Source: Cenococcum geophilum (Eukaryota). Taken from it: a stretch of 64,000 nucleotides of DNA. Both the position numbers and the translations under genes were made by a program. Position 1 is the first letter of the stretch, and every line of letters starts with the position of its first letter. Positions 37,021 through 48,423 of the stretch are shown here, in pieces. The notes beneath the pieces are model-generated. The model searched no databases and was not told the DNA's origin. It saw only the letters and a list, made by a program, of their open reading frames with translations. The stretch covers positions 31,868,001 to 31,932,000 of the forward strand of contig CP158635.1 of NCBI GenBank assembly GCA_050273025.1. Direction: 5' to 3'.

Positions 37021-39852
37021 ATGCTTATTATGTCTTTATTTAGTAGACCACTAGTCCTCTATAAAGGAGCTAAGTAATAAATTAGTGACGTCCTAACGGA
37101 AGTTAGAGGCTTCGCGGTTAATTGGCGTTGAGTAGTGCTTATCTAAATCTGTGACGAGATTTTGCTCTTATAAGAAAACTACGCAGATATGGCTAGTGTA
37201 GTAGTTAATTTCATTAACTAAGATAACGGACTATAAGTATCTCTAGAAAAGGATACATTTATATTAATCTTTAAGGACATCTCTGACGTTAGCAAAATGG
37301 CTAAAGATTAGAGAAACTAATATAATAAAGCTAGAGAAACCATCCGAAAGGCCTAGGGATAAGATATTTTTAACGGACCGCTAAAATATATAGTCTCCTA
37401 TAACTTCCTCTCCGCCGTCTAAAAGCTTATAATATACCTACTTCCTAAAGTTATAGTAAGAGTTAATAAAGCTCTAATTAATAGGCTTAAACGTCTAGGA
37501 CGTGGTATTAAGAACACTACTTAACTATAGCTGACCGATTTTACGCTCGCATCTAAGATGTTAGGAAGGGTAATATTAGACCAGGTGGTGAATAAGTATA
37601 GTTTAGGAAGACACTTAACTAGCTTCCTTGTTTTAAATAAGGACCTACTACTAAGAAGTAGGAGACTAACTACTATAGGACTAGAGGTTACTAATGTTGG
37701 AATTAGATAAGTAGGAGAGAGCTTAGCTCTTGCACTGCGAATATATTTATAGTATACTTCTAATATAATAAATCCCTTAGCCTTTTAGCCGTCGACACTT
37801 ATTTAAGGAGGAGGCATTAATATTATGCCAAGCCCGTCCTAATAAGGATTGCCTATATTAGTTAACTCGCCTTTATTATCTATAAATGAGAGTATTCTCG
37901 CAGCTGGAACGCCTGTTGGCTCGCCCCTATAGCTGCTAGTATCTTTATTAAGAAGGAATCCAAGAAGGGGGCTAATAATTGCTTACCTAGAAGTAGGGGG
38001 GCTAGGAGTAGAATTAATATTTAATGAGAATATTATTAAGCTAGGAGATAATGTGGAGTATATTAAGGAGGCTGTAGATGCTATAGCGGTACTCCGTGTA
38101 AAACAAGGATATAACTGTAAGGATAATGTGCTAGCGTATCTTAAGGTGTCCCTAAATTAAACTACTAAAATCAAACTAATAGAGGTTATAAAGCTCTTGC
38201 GTAGCTGGTATAGGGCGGCTGGTTTTAATCCGGAGATATATAAGGTTTACTAGATGTATACTTAAGCAATAGGAGGATATATAGGTTTGGCGATAAAAGG
38301 TCTAAACTATGCCATACTATGTTATAGACTCTATTTAATATATTACGCCTATAACTACCTCGGCACTATAAAGACTAATCCTACTATATACTCCTAGTTT
38401 AGAAAGGCTTATAGACTTTTAGTTCCGTCCGATTCCTTAGGACTGTATAAGTTCATTTATAACTTAGCGCTAAGGTTTTCCTATAATAGAGAGGCTTTGC
38501 TTAATTGGATAATATTACTAAAAGATTAAGAAGTATGGTAGTAAGAAGGATCCGTGATTTTAAACGTGTTTAAATAGTAGTGGGATTTTAGTATCTTAAT
38601 AATAATTAATAAGGAAATGCGTATATACCGCTATTATTAGCGTCTAATTAATGGGCGGCTAAATTATAGCTAGTTAAGAATAATGGTCTACGGTTTCTGT
38701 TAATAGCTAATAAGATAAGACCCTTAGTATTATTGTCTCTATTACGCCCTTAGACCTAACAGCTAGTGGCGACTTATCTCCTACCCTTATTATATAAAAT
38801 TCGCAGTTAAAGGAGACTCTACAGCTTTCCGCCATATTAATATTAATATTCCCTCGCTTCTTAAAAGTAGATATAGTACTAATATAATTTAAGGGAGCAT
38901 TTCTCTAGATAATAAGACTAAGGATAACTGCATAATTATTTTACTTGGTATATATTACCACCTAGAATCATAGTAGGAGGATCTTAAGGCGTGAGGATTA
39001 ACTAAGGGCAACGGATTTGTTTATAAGATCTCTAACTAAGACTAGACTACTAAAGACGTAGAAAAGTATGCGACTGACTAGGTAGCTTAGCCATATAAAA
39101 AAGGAGATGTGCGTATAACTATGCCTTACCTTCCTTATAGAGCGAAAGGACCTTTAACTAAAACCCGGCGAACAATACTACTATAGTTTATTGGTATTTA
39201 GGACGATTATAATAACCTTAAGGTTACTAAAGGAGGTACTTGGGCAGAGTTGGTAGATGCGCACTAAGACTTAAGAGCGCCGCCCTATACGCCGTCTAGA
39301 CATACTAATCTCTACGGCGCAATTCCATATCACTTCCCTGTAGTAATTAAGCTTATAGCTGCTAGCGCTCTATCTAACGCCCTTCTTAGTAAACAATAAT
39401 AGGATTCTCTAGCGGTAGTTTAAGATTATAACTTTCTTCTTAATAGCAATAGGAACGAAGTTGGGAAATGGATGCATTCCTACCGTTTTAGGGCTGTTAA
39501 GAATTATAAAGATGCGTTTAAGCTAATATGTGTAACTAAGATAGAACGCTTTAATAGCCGCTCTTACTTCTACTATATTAATAATAGAATTAATCCTTTA
39601 GCTATTACGGTAGATCTAAGTAGAGTACCCCTAGTTATTATAGAAGGATAGAGTTATGTGGAGTTGCCTAAAGAATTATAGGACAAAACTAAGCAAATAG
39701 AAGGGCGCGAAAGAGCTATATTATCTAAGAGCTGCCAGTCTAAAGTCTCTCTTGCTGCTTAGCCAAGTAGATAAGAATGGTCTTATTTAACCAGAATAGA
39801 GTCTCCTTGTTTACTATCTTGGGTTCGTAGTAAGGGTAAGGAACGTATATAA
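37021..39852 (+). pseudogene. Cargo ORF (about 940 codons) with a C-terminal PhyH-like 2OG-Fe(II) dioxygenase domain, RIP-degraded
   Basis: Frame +1, de-RIPed: YYALRPD..WRLISYPYY.K....GDSTAFRHIDIN (HxD at 38833-38841), IQGSISLDDE..DNC.IILPGMH, PCKKGDVRITMPHLPHGAKGP (distal His at 39136), TRRTMLPWF. Confidence 0.8.
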
Positions 39853-39937
39853 TTACCTACCGCGCCTTTGTTTTAAAGATAAGGAGTTTTAGAGTTTTGG
39901 AAGTCGTTAGGGGACAACAACTTAGGTGGGGGAGGTA

Positions 39938-40215
39938 TGTGGTAGTGTGATTTGGCCCCTAGATTTAATATCTAGATTAGGCATAGCTTTAGGAGAGCTT
40001 AGGCCTTATATAAGTTATATAGATCGGTCTGGAGCCCTTAGAGTTAATAATAACTCGGATAGGCACGACCGACCGGGAATATATTCTTTCCTTTCTTCTT
40101 ACTAACTGCTTTCCTACTAATTGATTACGACCGACCGACCGACCGACCGACCGACCAACAGACAGACAGACAGCATTGAGACTTTCCTATCTGAGAGTGG
40201 TCGTACCCTCCCACA
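39938..40215 (+). repeat. 3' LTR of C
   Basis: Direct repeat of 29591-29868, followed by TSD ATGT. Confidence 0.96.
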
Positions 40216-42982
40216 ATGTTGAATATCCACTAAATTTAATTGCTTTATCTAAGCTTTGTGCTTTTAATAAGGTAGGATCTTAGTAAGGCCGTTAGTAGGT
40301 ATTTTGTCTATAGGGACCTATTAAATGTTAATCTTTTTGTCTTAAACTTTCTATCTTAGCTAGTGCTAATAGACGTTAATATGTCGAAGCTTGGTATTAA
40401 GCTTTAGTGTATCCTGTCTTAGGAGTTATACGGTCTATATATTGTCGTAAAGTATAGTAAAATTGCGTTCTAAATTAAAGCCTATTGCCTTAAAGAATTA
40501 TTACCACTAGATAATTTTAACGGCAGTAGTAAATAGGGAGAGAAGCTCTGCTTTAGTAGTTAAGCGTATAACAGATCGCTGTAGGGTTGCTTTCTAATTA
40601 ATTAGACCTCTAAATAGGATAAATAAATATCCTTAAGAGCTCCATCTGGTCTCCTTTTAGTCTATAAATACTATATTAGATGCTCTATAAAAGGTAACGT
40701 CTTCTTCTTTAGGGTTTCTAAAGTAGATATATGCTTTAAATACTTCGCTAGAGTATTTAATAGCTATAGATTTTGTTCTAAGGTAATAGGTAATTGCTTA
40801 GTTTGCTATATTAAGGTGCTTTTAATTTAGATTAGTTAGGAATTCGGCCAGCTTAGAATACATCTTAGTAATATTAGGTTTTCTAAATACGGTAAGGTGT
40901 GTAAGTGACCCTACTTATTGCTAGTAGGCTAGCGTTCTTTAAGGGGTTGTCTGCTGGTTAGATGGAATTAGTTCTTTAGGAAATAGTAACTTAGGGAATC
41001 TTTCTAGTAGTTAAATATTAAATTAATTGGCTATCTTTTTAATATAGGAGTCTTAGCAGAGCCAGAGCTTCCTGCTTACTTAATTTCGTTTGATTTAAAT
41101 ACCTAGGAACTATTATAGGTCTCCTAGTACACGGATCTCGTATTAGTGTAGTAGTTTGGCTTTAAATTCTTCTAGTTTTAGAAGGTCCTTTTTGGCAAAT
41201 AAAACGGCAATATCGTTTACGTAAAAGAAGATAATAAGTTATTTATTAGTAAATAGGCAGTTAGTACCTAGGATAGGCTTTAATCTAAATTTAGACAGTG
41301 TATTAGTAAGCTTTTTATACTAAAGTAGTAGTGAGATTTTTAATCCGTATAGCGCTATAAGTAGCTTTAGGATATGTCCTTTTTAATTAAATCCTTCTAG
41401 GTAGTAGCAGTAGACTAGTTTACTAAGCTTAGCATTTATAAACGCGTTTACAGCGTTATACTATTAAATTTCTAAATTAAATACAGCTGCTATAGCTATA
41501 AGAGTATGGAATATTCGAGCAGCTAGGGTTACTGTATAGATCTCTTCTTTAGTAATCTATAGGTCTTTACGGATATATAGTTAAGCTTTAAGCTTTTATA
41601 GGTAGCCGTTGCTATTAAGCTTATATTTAAAGACCTATTTTAGTAGAAGGATCTGCTTATTACTTACCTCTTCCTTTAGTACGATTTTAAATATCCCTTA
41701 ACGTTTTAGGCTATTGTATTCTTTTTCTATAGCTTTTTAGAAGCTAGTAGTTAATAGATGCTTTCTTAGATCTTTAAGATTCTTTAGTTTAGGAGAAAGG
41801 TTGTCCTAATATAGAGATAAGGATCTAGTTTGGTTAATATCCTTTACTAGTCCTATAATAAAGCCAGCGTAGTAATTAAATAGGGTAGATAGATTGGCTA
41901 GTGCTGCTATATACGCTTAACGTTAAATTCGTTTTAACCCTTTTAGTAGGATAAGGTTGGCAAAAGGTTTAGCTAAGACTTTATTAGCTTATAGAGCTAT
42001 ATTAAATAGCTCTAGCGAACTTAGCTAGGTAGGGGTTATTTTAATTATATTTAAGATATCGTCTTAAAGTCCTTCTGGTATAGTATTTATTTCTAATAAA
42101 TCTGGAGATACTATTCTGCTAGGAGTTGGTAACTACTTGGTATCCTTTATACAAGGCTCTACCGCATTATTTGATTTAGGTATAGTCGTTTAATTTATAT
42201 TTAAGGTAGGTCTATATAGAATAGATTTATCCTTAGATTTATCCTTATAGAGAGGTTCTGGTAGACTAATTATCTAGAGAGTGTCTTCTAATGCTTCCCT
42301 TAGCAGGTAGTTAATATCTTAACCCTTAGGGTTATAGAATAAGGTCTCGTTAAATATGACGTCTTTAGTTTAAATAACCTTGCGGAGACTTAGAATCCAG
42401 ATTTAATAGATATTAGTTAAATTATAGCCGACTAGATGTCTAATTAATATATAAGGAGCTAGTTTATCTCCCCTTTTAATTTATTTATCTAGTGTATAGG
42501 TTTTGCAGCCGTATATATATATATAGGTAAGTAATAGCGGCTTGCCGTAAGCGATCTCGTACGGAGTTTTCCATCCTAGTTACTTATTTGGCGTTTAATT
42601 AAGTGTATAGCTAGTAGTAAGGAAAGCCTCTAGTCCTAGAGATAGGGGTAAGGAAGCTTCTAGCTATATAGCACTTAATTATTCTATAAGGGTTCGTCTA
42701 GATTATTTAGCTCTACTATTTTGTTCTTCAATATACGGGGCTTAGCATTTAAAAGTAATGCCTTCGTCTACGCATTACGTCTATAGTATGTCTTCGGTTT
42801 ATTTAAATATATATTTATTATTACCAGGCATAGCAGTAAGTCTTCCAATTAAGCCCGAATTGACTTAAATTGATTATAAATTAATTCAAATCAATACAAT
42901 TTACGAAGTAGCGTTAGGCGACAATTCTAGTGCAAAGGGGTAGGGCGGCTTAAATTGTTTAAATAAAATAGGTAAGGTTTTT

Positions 42983-43207
42983 TGTCAGGTAAAACCTAAG
43001 TAGATAGTTATATAGCCGCAAGGTATGGGCAACCCTGGGGCAACCCAGGGGTAACTCGCCCGTAAGGTACGTGCGCTGCACATACCTAGGGAAAACCCTT
43101 CCTACCTCGCACACAGACTCCTCCTTTTCCCTTAAGGATTCGTCTCTGTCTATACAATATACCTATTGTTCTATCATTAGACTCCCTATCCATATCCTTA
43201 CCTTACA
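42983..43207 (+). repeat. 5' LTR of D
   Basis: TGTCAGG...CCTTACA; direct repeat of 57637-57861. Confidence 0.96.
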
Positions 43208-46200
43208 TTCAAATCCTTACTAATCCCCTTAGGAGGATAGCCGGTTTAATTTTTCTACAATGCCTCTGAAAAGAAAACCGACGCCTATACCCAATGGTAA
43301 TACGCTGGCGATGTGATCGTAAAACGCCTTAAAATCTAGTATAGACGAAACCGCTAGAAGCACACTAGTAGCATTTAAGCCATTTTCTAAATCTTAAAAC
43401 GATTAGATATCTACGAACGCTAAAGACTAGTTTAACTTATATACCTAGGCTTAATAGGAGCTTAGTAAGGTTACTAGCGTCTTACCTAATACCGCTAATA
43501 TAAAGGAGCTAGATAAGCTAGCTAAGAAAATAGCTAACTTATAGAGCATTATTAATTTAATAAAGCCCTCCCGTCGCCTCTTTAGCGAAGAGTATAAGTT
43601 ATATAGCAAACGTATACACTAATTAAATCTTAACGCCCTGGTTAAGAAGTTACTACCCAATATTAGCGGTACTACTTAATAGCATTTTAACCGGTGGATT
43701 GCCGCAGTTAAGAACCGATTTAAGGTTAATAACGCTAACTATAACTATAAGCGACGCACGCGCTAGGCCATTAAAGGTCTTATAAAAGAGAAGACAATCG
43801 CCTAACTAGTTTATTGCCGGTTAGGCACTAAGGACAAGGGTCCTTTACTATAGGATAAATTTAAGACTATAGTCTAAGACTAGATTAGAAACCCTATAGT
43901 AAGACGCTTTAATAACGCTATAGCGTATTATATAGCTGTTATAAAGGAGAATTAGAGGTTTAACGTCTTTCTAGCCCATATGCGTAGCTTAGAGGACCTC
44001 TTCTTATATACCCCTTTTATCAATCCTAAATAATAGGTAGACTTTTAGTTCTTATATCTCCTAGCCCACCTATAAGCAGAGCTCTTCTGCCAGAACTTCG
44101 CCTAATAGGTAAGAACCGCCAAAGACCTCTTTAATGAAATCCGCTGTATAGAGTAATTGCTTAATACCACAAAGCTTACGGAAGATCGCGTAAGTGGTAG
44201 CGGTAAATTATCGCGTATAAAGCGTGGTCGCAGCACAGGCTCTATAGAGTTAGGCTTAGGGAATAGAACCTAAAAAGGGCGACGCTTTTCTAAGTAAACT
44301 CCTAGGGAGATTACCTAAAAGCTGGATAGCTTAGGGGACCCCCCGGACACTAGTACTATGCAAGTAAGTTAAAGGACCGTAGGCGGCCACCGTAAGAAAT
44401 ACTGGAAGTAGGCTAATAAAGAGAAGTTAGCTTAGGCTTTGGAAAACCTAAAGCCCTAATAGCGCATCTTTCTTAACTATAACTAGGGCCTAATATAGAG
44501 GGAGAAAAGAAATATATTATGGTATACATCGTAATAGATATACCCTAGGGCGAAGTCCGCCTATATACTTTATATAACAATAGGTGCTAAATTAACCTCA
44601 TTAATTAAGATATCGTCCGTAGGTTTAACCTGCCTATACGCTATACGCTATATTTATATAAACCTATTATACGTTTCCTTAATAGCAACTAGATAATAAT
44701 CTAGGATGCTTATAATCTAATAGTTACCACTAGCGACTTCTAGGGTACCTCTCGCACTATTAGCCCGCAGACCTTTTAGGGCGGCTTATTTAATAGTTAT
44801 AATATAGTTCTTAGATAGGATTGGCTCGCGGAAGTAGATCTATTAATTAGCTTCCGTTCTAAATAGTTTATCTAGGGTACTTTAGACCCCAGACGCCTCT
44901 AAATAGTCACCCTTAACGCTCTTCTAGTAGATATTAAGGCTGACAAAATAGTCTATTCGCTATAGCTAGAAGACTCCTTCTTTACGCCAGTTATAAATAT
45001 AATAGAGGACCTGTTATTACTGGCAGCGAGTACCTATACAGACCCTCTAGATATAGAGACACCGGTTATAAACATAGTAGAGGACCTACTGTTACCGGCA
45101 GCGAGTACCTATAGAGACCCTCTGGTGCTGGCGTAGATTACCTATATATAAGGGGGAGGTAATTAAAACCCTAAAACTATTAAGTATACTGCAGCAGAGC
45201 TATATATACTCTTAATACGAGCATACCTACAAAACGCATATCGGCTATACTCTTCTCTTCACTAGCTTCTGGAAGTACACTACTATATAATAGTTGCTTT
45301 AACCTCTATAGCCCCTAGCCTGCCAGATATATATAAGGAGGAAATTAATATCTTTTCTAATAAGCTAGCAAGCATGCTACTGTAGAACTCTGAGTATAAC
45401 TATATAATCGACTTAAAAGAAGGCAAGACGCTACTGTAAATGCCCCTCTACAACCTCTTATAGAAAGAGTTGTAGATCTTATAAAAGTACCTAGACAGTG
45501 CTCTTAGAAAGGGCTGGATTAGGCCTAATAAGTCGCCTACTAAAGCGCCTATCCTCTTCATGCCGAAAGCAGACGGTATAATGCGGCTATGCGTTGACTA
45601 TAGACGCCTAAATAAGATCACGATTAAAAATCGGTACCCCCTACCGCTGGTCAGCGAACTCTTTAATAGGCTTAGCTATGCGAAGATATTTATAAAGCTA
45701 GATCTTCGTGATGCGTACTATAGGATTTGTATTAAAAAGGGAGACGAATGAAAGACCGTATTTAAGACACGTTATAGTTACTTTAAGTACCTAGTAATGC
45801 CCTTTAGTTTTATTAACACCCCTACGACTTTCTAGAGCTATATTTATAAAGCTCTAGGAACCCTAGTAGATACTATCTATATAGTTTACCTAGATAATAT
45901 TCTTATCTACTTAAATAATAAGGATAAGTATGTTAAGCACGTTAAGTAGGTACTACGACAGCTCCGCGCTTAAGGCCTATACGCCAAACTATTAAAATAT
46001 ATCTTTTATACTAAGAACGTTAAGTTCCTAGGCTTTATTATTACCCCTAGGGGTATTATAATGGACCCTAACCGCGTAAAAGCTATTAAGGAATAGCCTA
46101 AGCCTAAGTCCTATAGGGACATTTAGGTCTTCCTTAGCTTTGCTAACTTCTATAGGCGATTTATCTAAAACTACTCGGATACTGTATACCCCCTATACGT

Positions 46201-48423
46201 ATATCTTATATAGGTATATTATAACCCAACGTTAGATAGGGAGAAGAAGAAGAAGCGTAAGTTAAAAGGGCCTACTAAATAGTATTAACCCTAGTCCTAG
46301 CCCGACGACGCGCAGTAGGCTTTCTATAAGCTACGCGCTGTATTTATATAGGCTCCTCTATTTCGCCATTTCGACCTTAATCTACCCCTAATAGTAATTA
46401 CTAACGCTTCTAATTATGCCTATAGCGGTATACTTCTGCAGCCTTTAGGGTAAGGAGATTAACTCTACTAGTACCTAATCGCCTATTGCAGTTATAAGCT
46501 TACTAGCCTAAAAATACGGTATAATATGTATAATAAAGAACTACTCGCTATAGTGTAATGCTTTAAAACATAGCGCCATTACCTTAAATATGCCGCGTAT
46601 GTAACGCGCGTGCTCTATAATTACAATAATCTTAGGTACTTTATAACCACTAAGAGCTTATCTACTTATTAGGCCTAGTACGCTAAGAAACTGGCTAAGT
46701 TTAATTTTAAGATTAAATATAAGCTAGGTAAGATAAATCCTACTAATATACTATCCTGGCGCCTGGATTATGCTAAAGGCTTTAAAGATAGTAGTAAAAG
46801 GACAATCCTTAATACTATGCTGCCTATATTATAGCAAAAGTTGCGGGTTATAGGCCTTATAGGCGGCCCTAGTGCTATTATACTAAACTAGTAAGTAGTA
46901 TACGTGCAGTATACAAGCGACCCTCGCGAACTTGGCGCCGGCGGACTAGAGCGTCCTACTATTCTCTTTAAGACCACTTTAACTAACCTAATAGCGCTTA
47001 ACCCTAGGGAAGACCCCTTAGCCTATGCTACGGTCCCCTATAACAACCCGGCAAGTTACCTACGCATTATATATTACCTTACTAGCACTAACTTTACGTA
47101 AAGTCTCGTGCTATGGCAAGAGGTAGTAGTAGCTGCTTTAGCTGAAACGGCGTTTATAGAATACCCCCCTAAGTCACTAGTTAATTTTATTCGCGGAGTA
47201 TAAAAAAGGGACGCCTTTACACACTTTATATATAATTAGTTAACTTAGGAATAAGTTCCTACTAGTAATAAGGACTACACCCTTAATAATTAAGGACTCC
47301 TAAGGTAAAATAATAAGGTCTAGGTGCCGAATTATATATTACTATAATAGGAGATCCTTAAGCGGAATTATAACGATCCTATGGGCGGCTACTATAGTTT
47401 TAACCGTACCTTTAAGGTAATCGCGCGAAAGTATACTTAGAACGGCCTTACCTAGGACCTCCGTAAATATCTAGATAATTATAATACCTACTAACGCTCC
47501 AAATTGCGCCGCTATAAACCCTATAGTAAGCTGCAGCCTCTTTAGGCCCCCACCCGAGCCTAGCGGTATTATTTACTTAACTTTATTACGGATCTCCTAG
47601 AGTCTAAGACTCCTAATAGCGTAGAGTATAACTCCGTCCTTGTCCTTATAGACCGTTTTATAAAGCTAGTGCGCTACTATCTAGTACGTAAGATAATTAA
47701 TGCTACGTAACTTGCAGAACTCTTATTTAAAGTCTTTATATAAATAGGGCCTCTAGATAATATTGTCTCTAATAGGGGTAGTATATTTATAAGCGAGTAC
47801 TAGAGCACTATATGCTACTATCTTCGCGTTTAACGTAAACTTAGCACTATATTCTACCCGCAGATAGATAGTTAGACGGAGCGTTAAAACTAGGAGCTTA
47901 AGGTATACCTATATATATTTAGGAACTGGAAATAGTCTAATTAGGCCTCCCTACTTAAAGAAGCAGCCTTTACCTATAACTCTAAGGTCTATACTATAAT
48001 AAAGCGTTCCCCTATTAAGCTTGCCTATAGCTAGCTACTAAACGTCCCGGATAGAGTTCTGGACAGTATTTAAAACGCCCGGTAAGGTGGGGAGGGGTCT
48101 AAATTAATAAATATCTAACTTATAGAGACGTACCTATAACGCCTGCGCCTTATATATAAGGCAGCGGCGGCGTTAATAATGTACGCCTAAAAGCTTTAGG
48201 TAAAATACTACAATCGTCACTATCTGGCTAAGTATTTCGCCGTCGGTGAACGAGTCCTGCTCTCCTCCAAGAATATCCACACGAAACGTCCTTATAAAAA
48301 GCTTGACTATAAGTTTATAGGACTGTTTTAGATCCTAAAGCGCGTAGGGCAGTAAGTATATAAGCTAGAGCTCCTACCTACTATAGTATAGCTCCACCTA
48401 GTCTTCTATATCTCCCTACTAGA

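Larger units (their letters stand above)
29591..40215 (+). mobile_element. Full-length Ty3/Gypsy element 'C' (10.6 kb, no chromodomain seen) with a large extra 3' ORF
   Basis: 278-bp LTRs at 29591-29868 and 39938-40215 (TGTGG..CCACA); 4-bp TSD ATGT; TGG-starting PBS-like sequence about 29876. gag from about 30280, protease LI(D)S(G)AELNLI about 32560, RT PFLD(D)I about 34160, RNase H about 34650, integrase about 35380-36330; PPT about 39925-39935. Confidence 0.96.
29167..42800 (-). mobile_element. Ty1/Copia remnant (integrase end, RT, RNase H, PPT, probable 3' LTR 29167-29402), split by Gypsy C and 5'-truncated at about 42800
   Basis: Minus-strand motifs APYIEEQNG about 42720, KLKAR.C.RGDLQ about 41570, DAVNAF.NA about 41445, LYGLK.SPLLW about 41335 and FFYV(D)DI about 41215. 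The pol C-terminus NLVDIQHQVN* is restored when C is removed. G7 PPT at 29403-29409. The outer LTR end is uncertain. Confidence 0.85.

Noticed and set aside
40125..40172. (ACCG)n(ACAG)n microsatellite
   Set aside because: An integral part of both LTRs of C, not an independent feature.
45560..45751. RT-like ORF as a functional gene
   Set aside because: A stop-free fragment of the RIP-destroyed pol of D. The other short ORFs in the AT-rich blocks are likewise chance fragments, except those used above.
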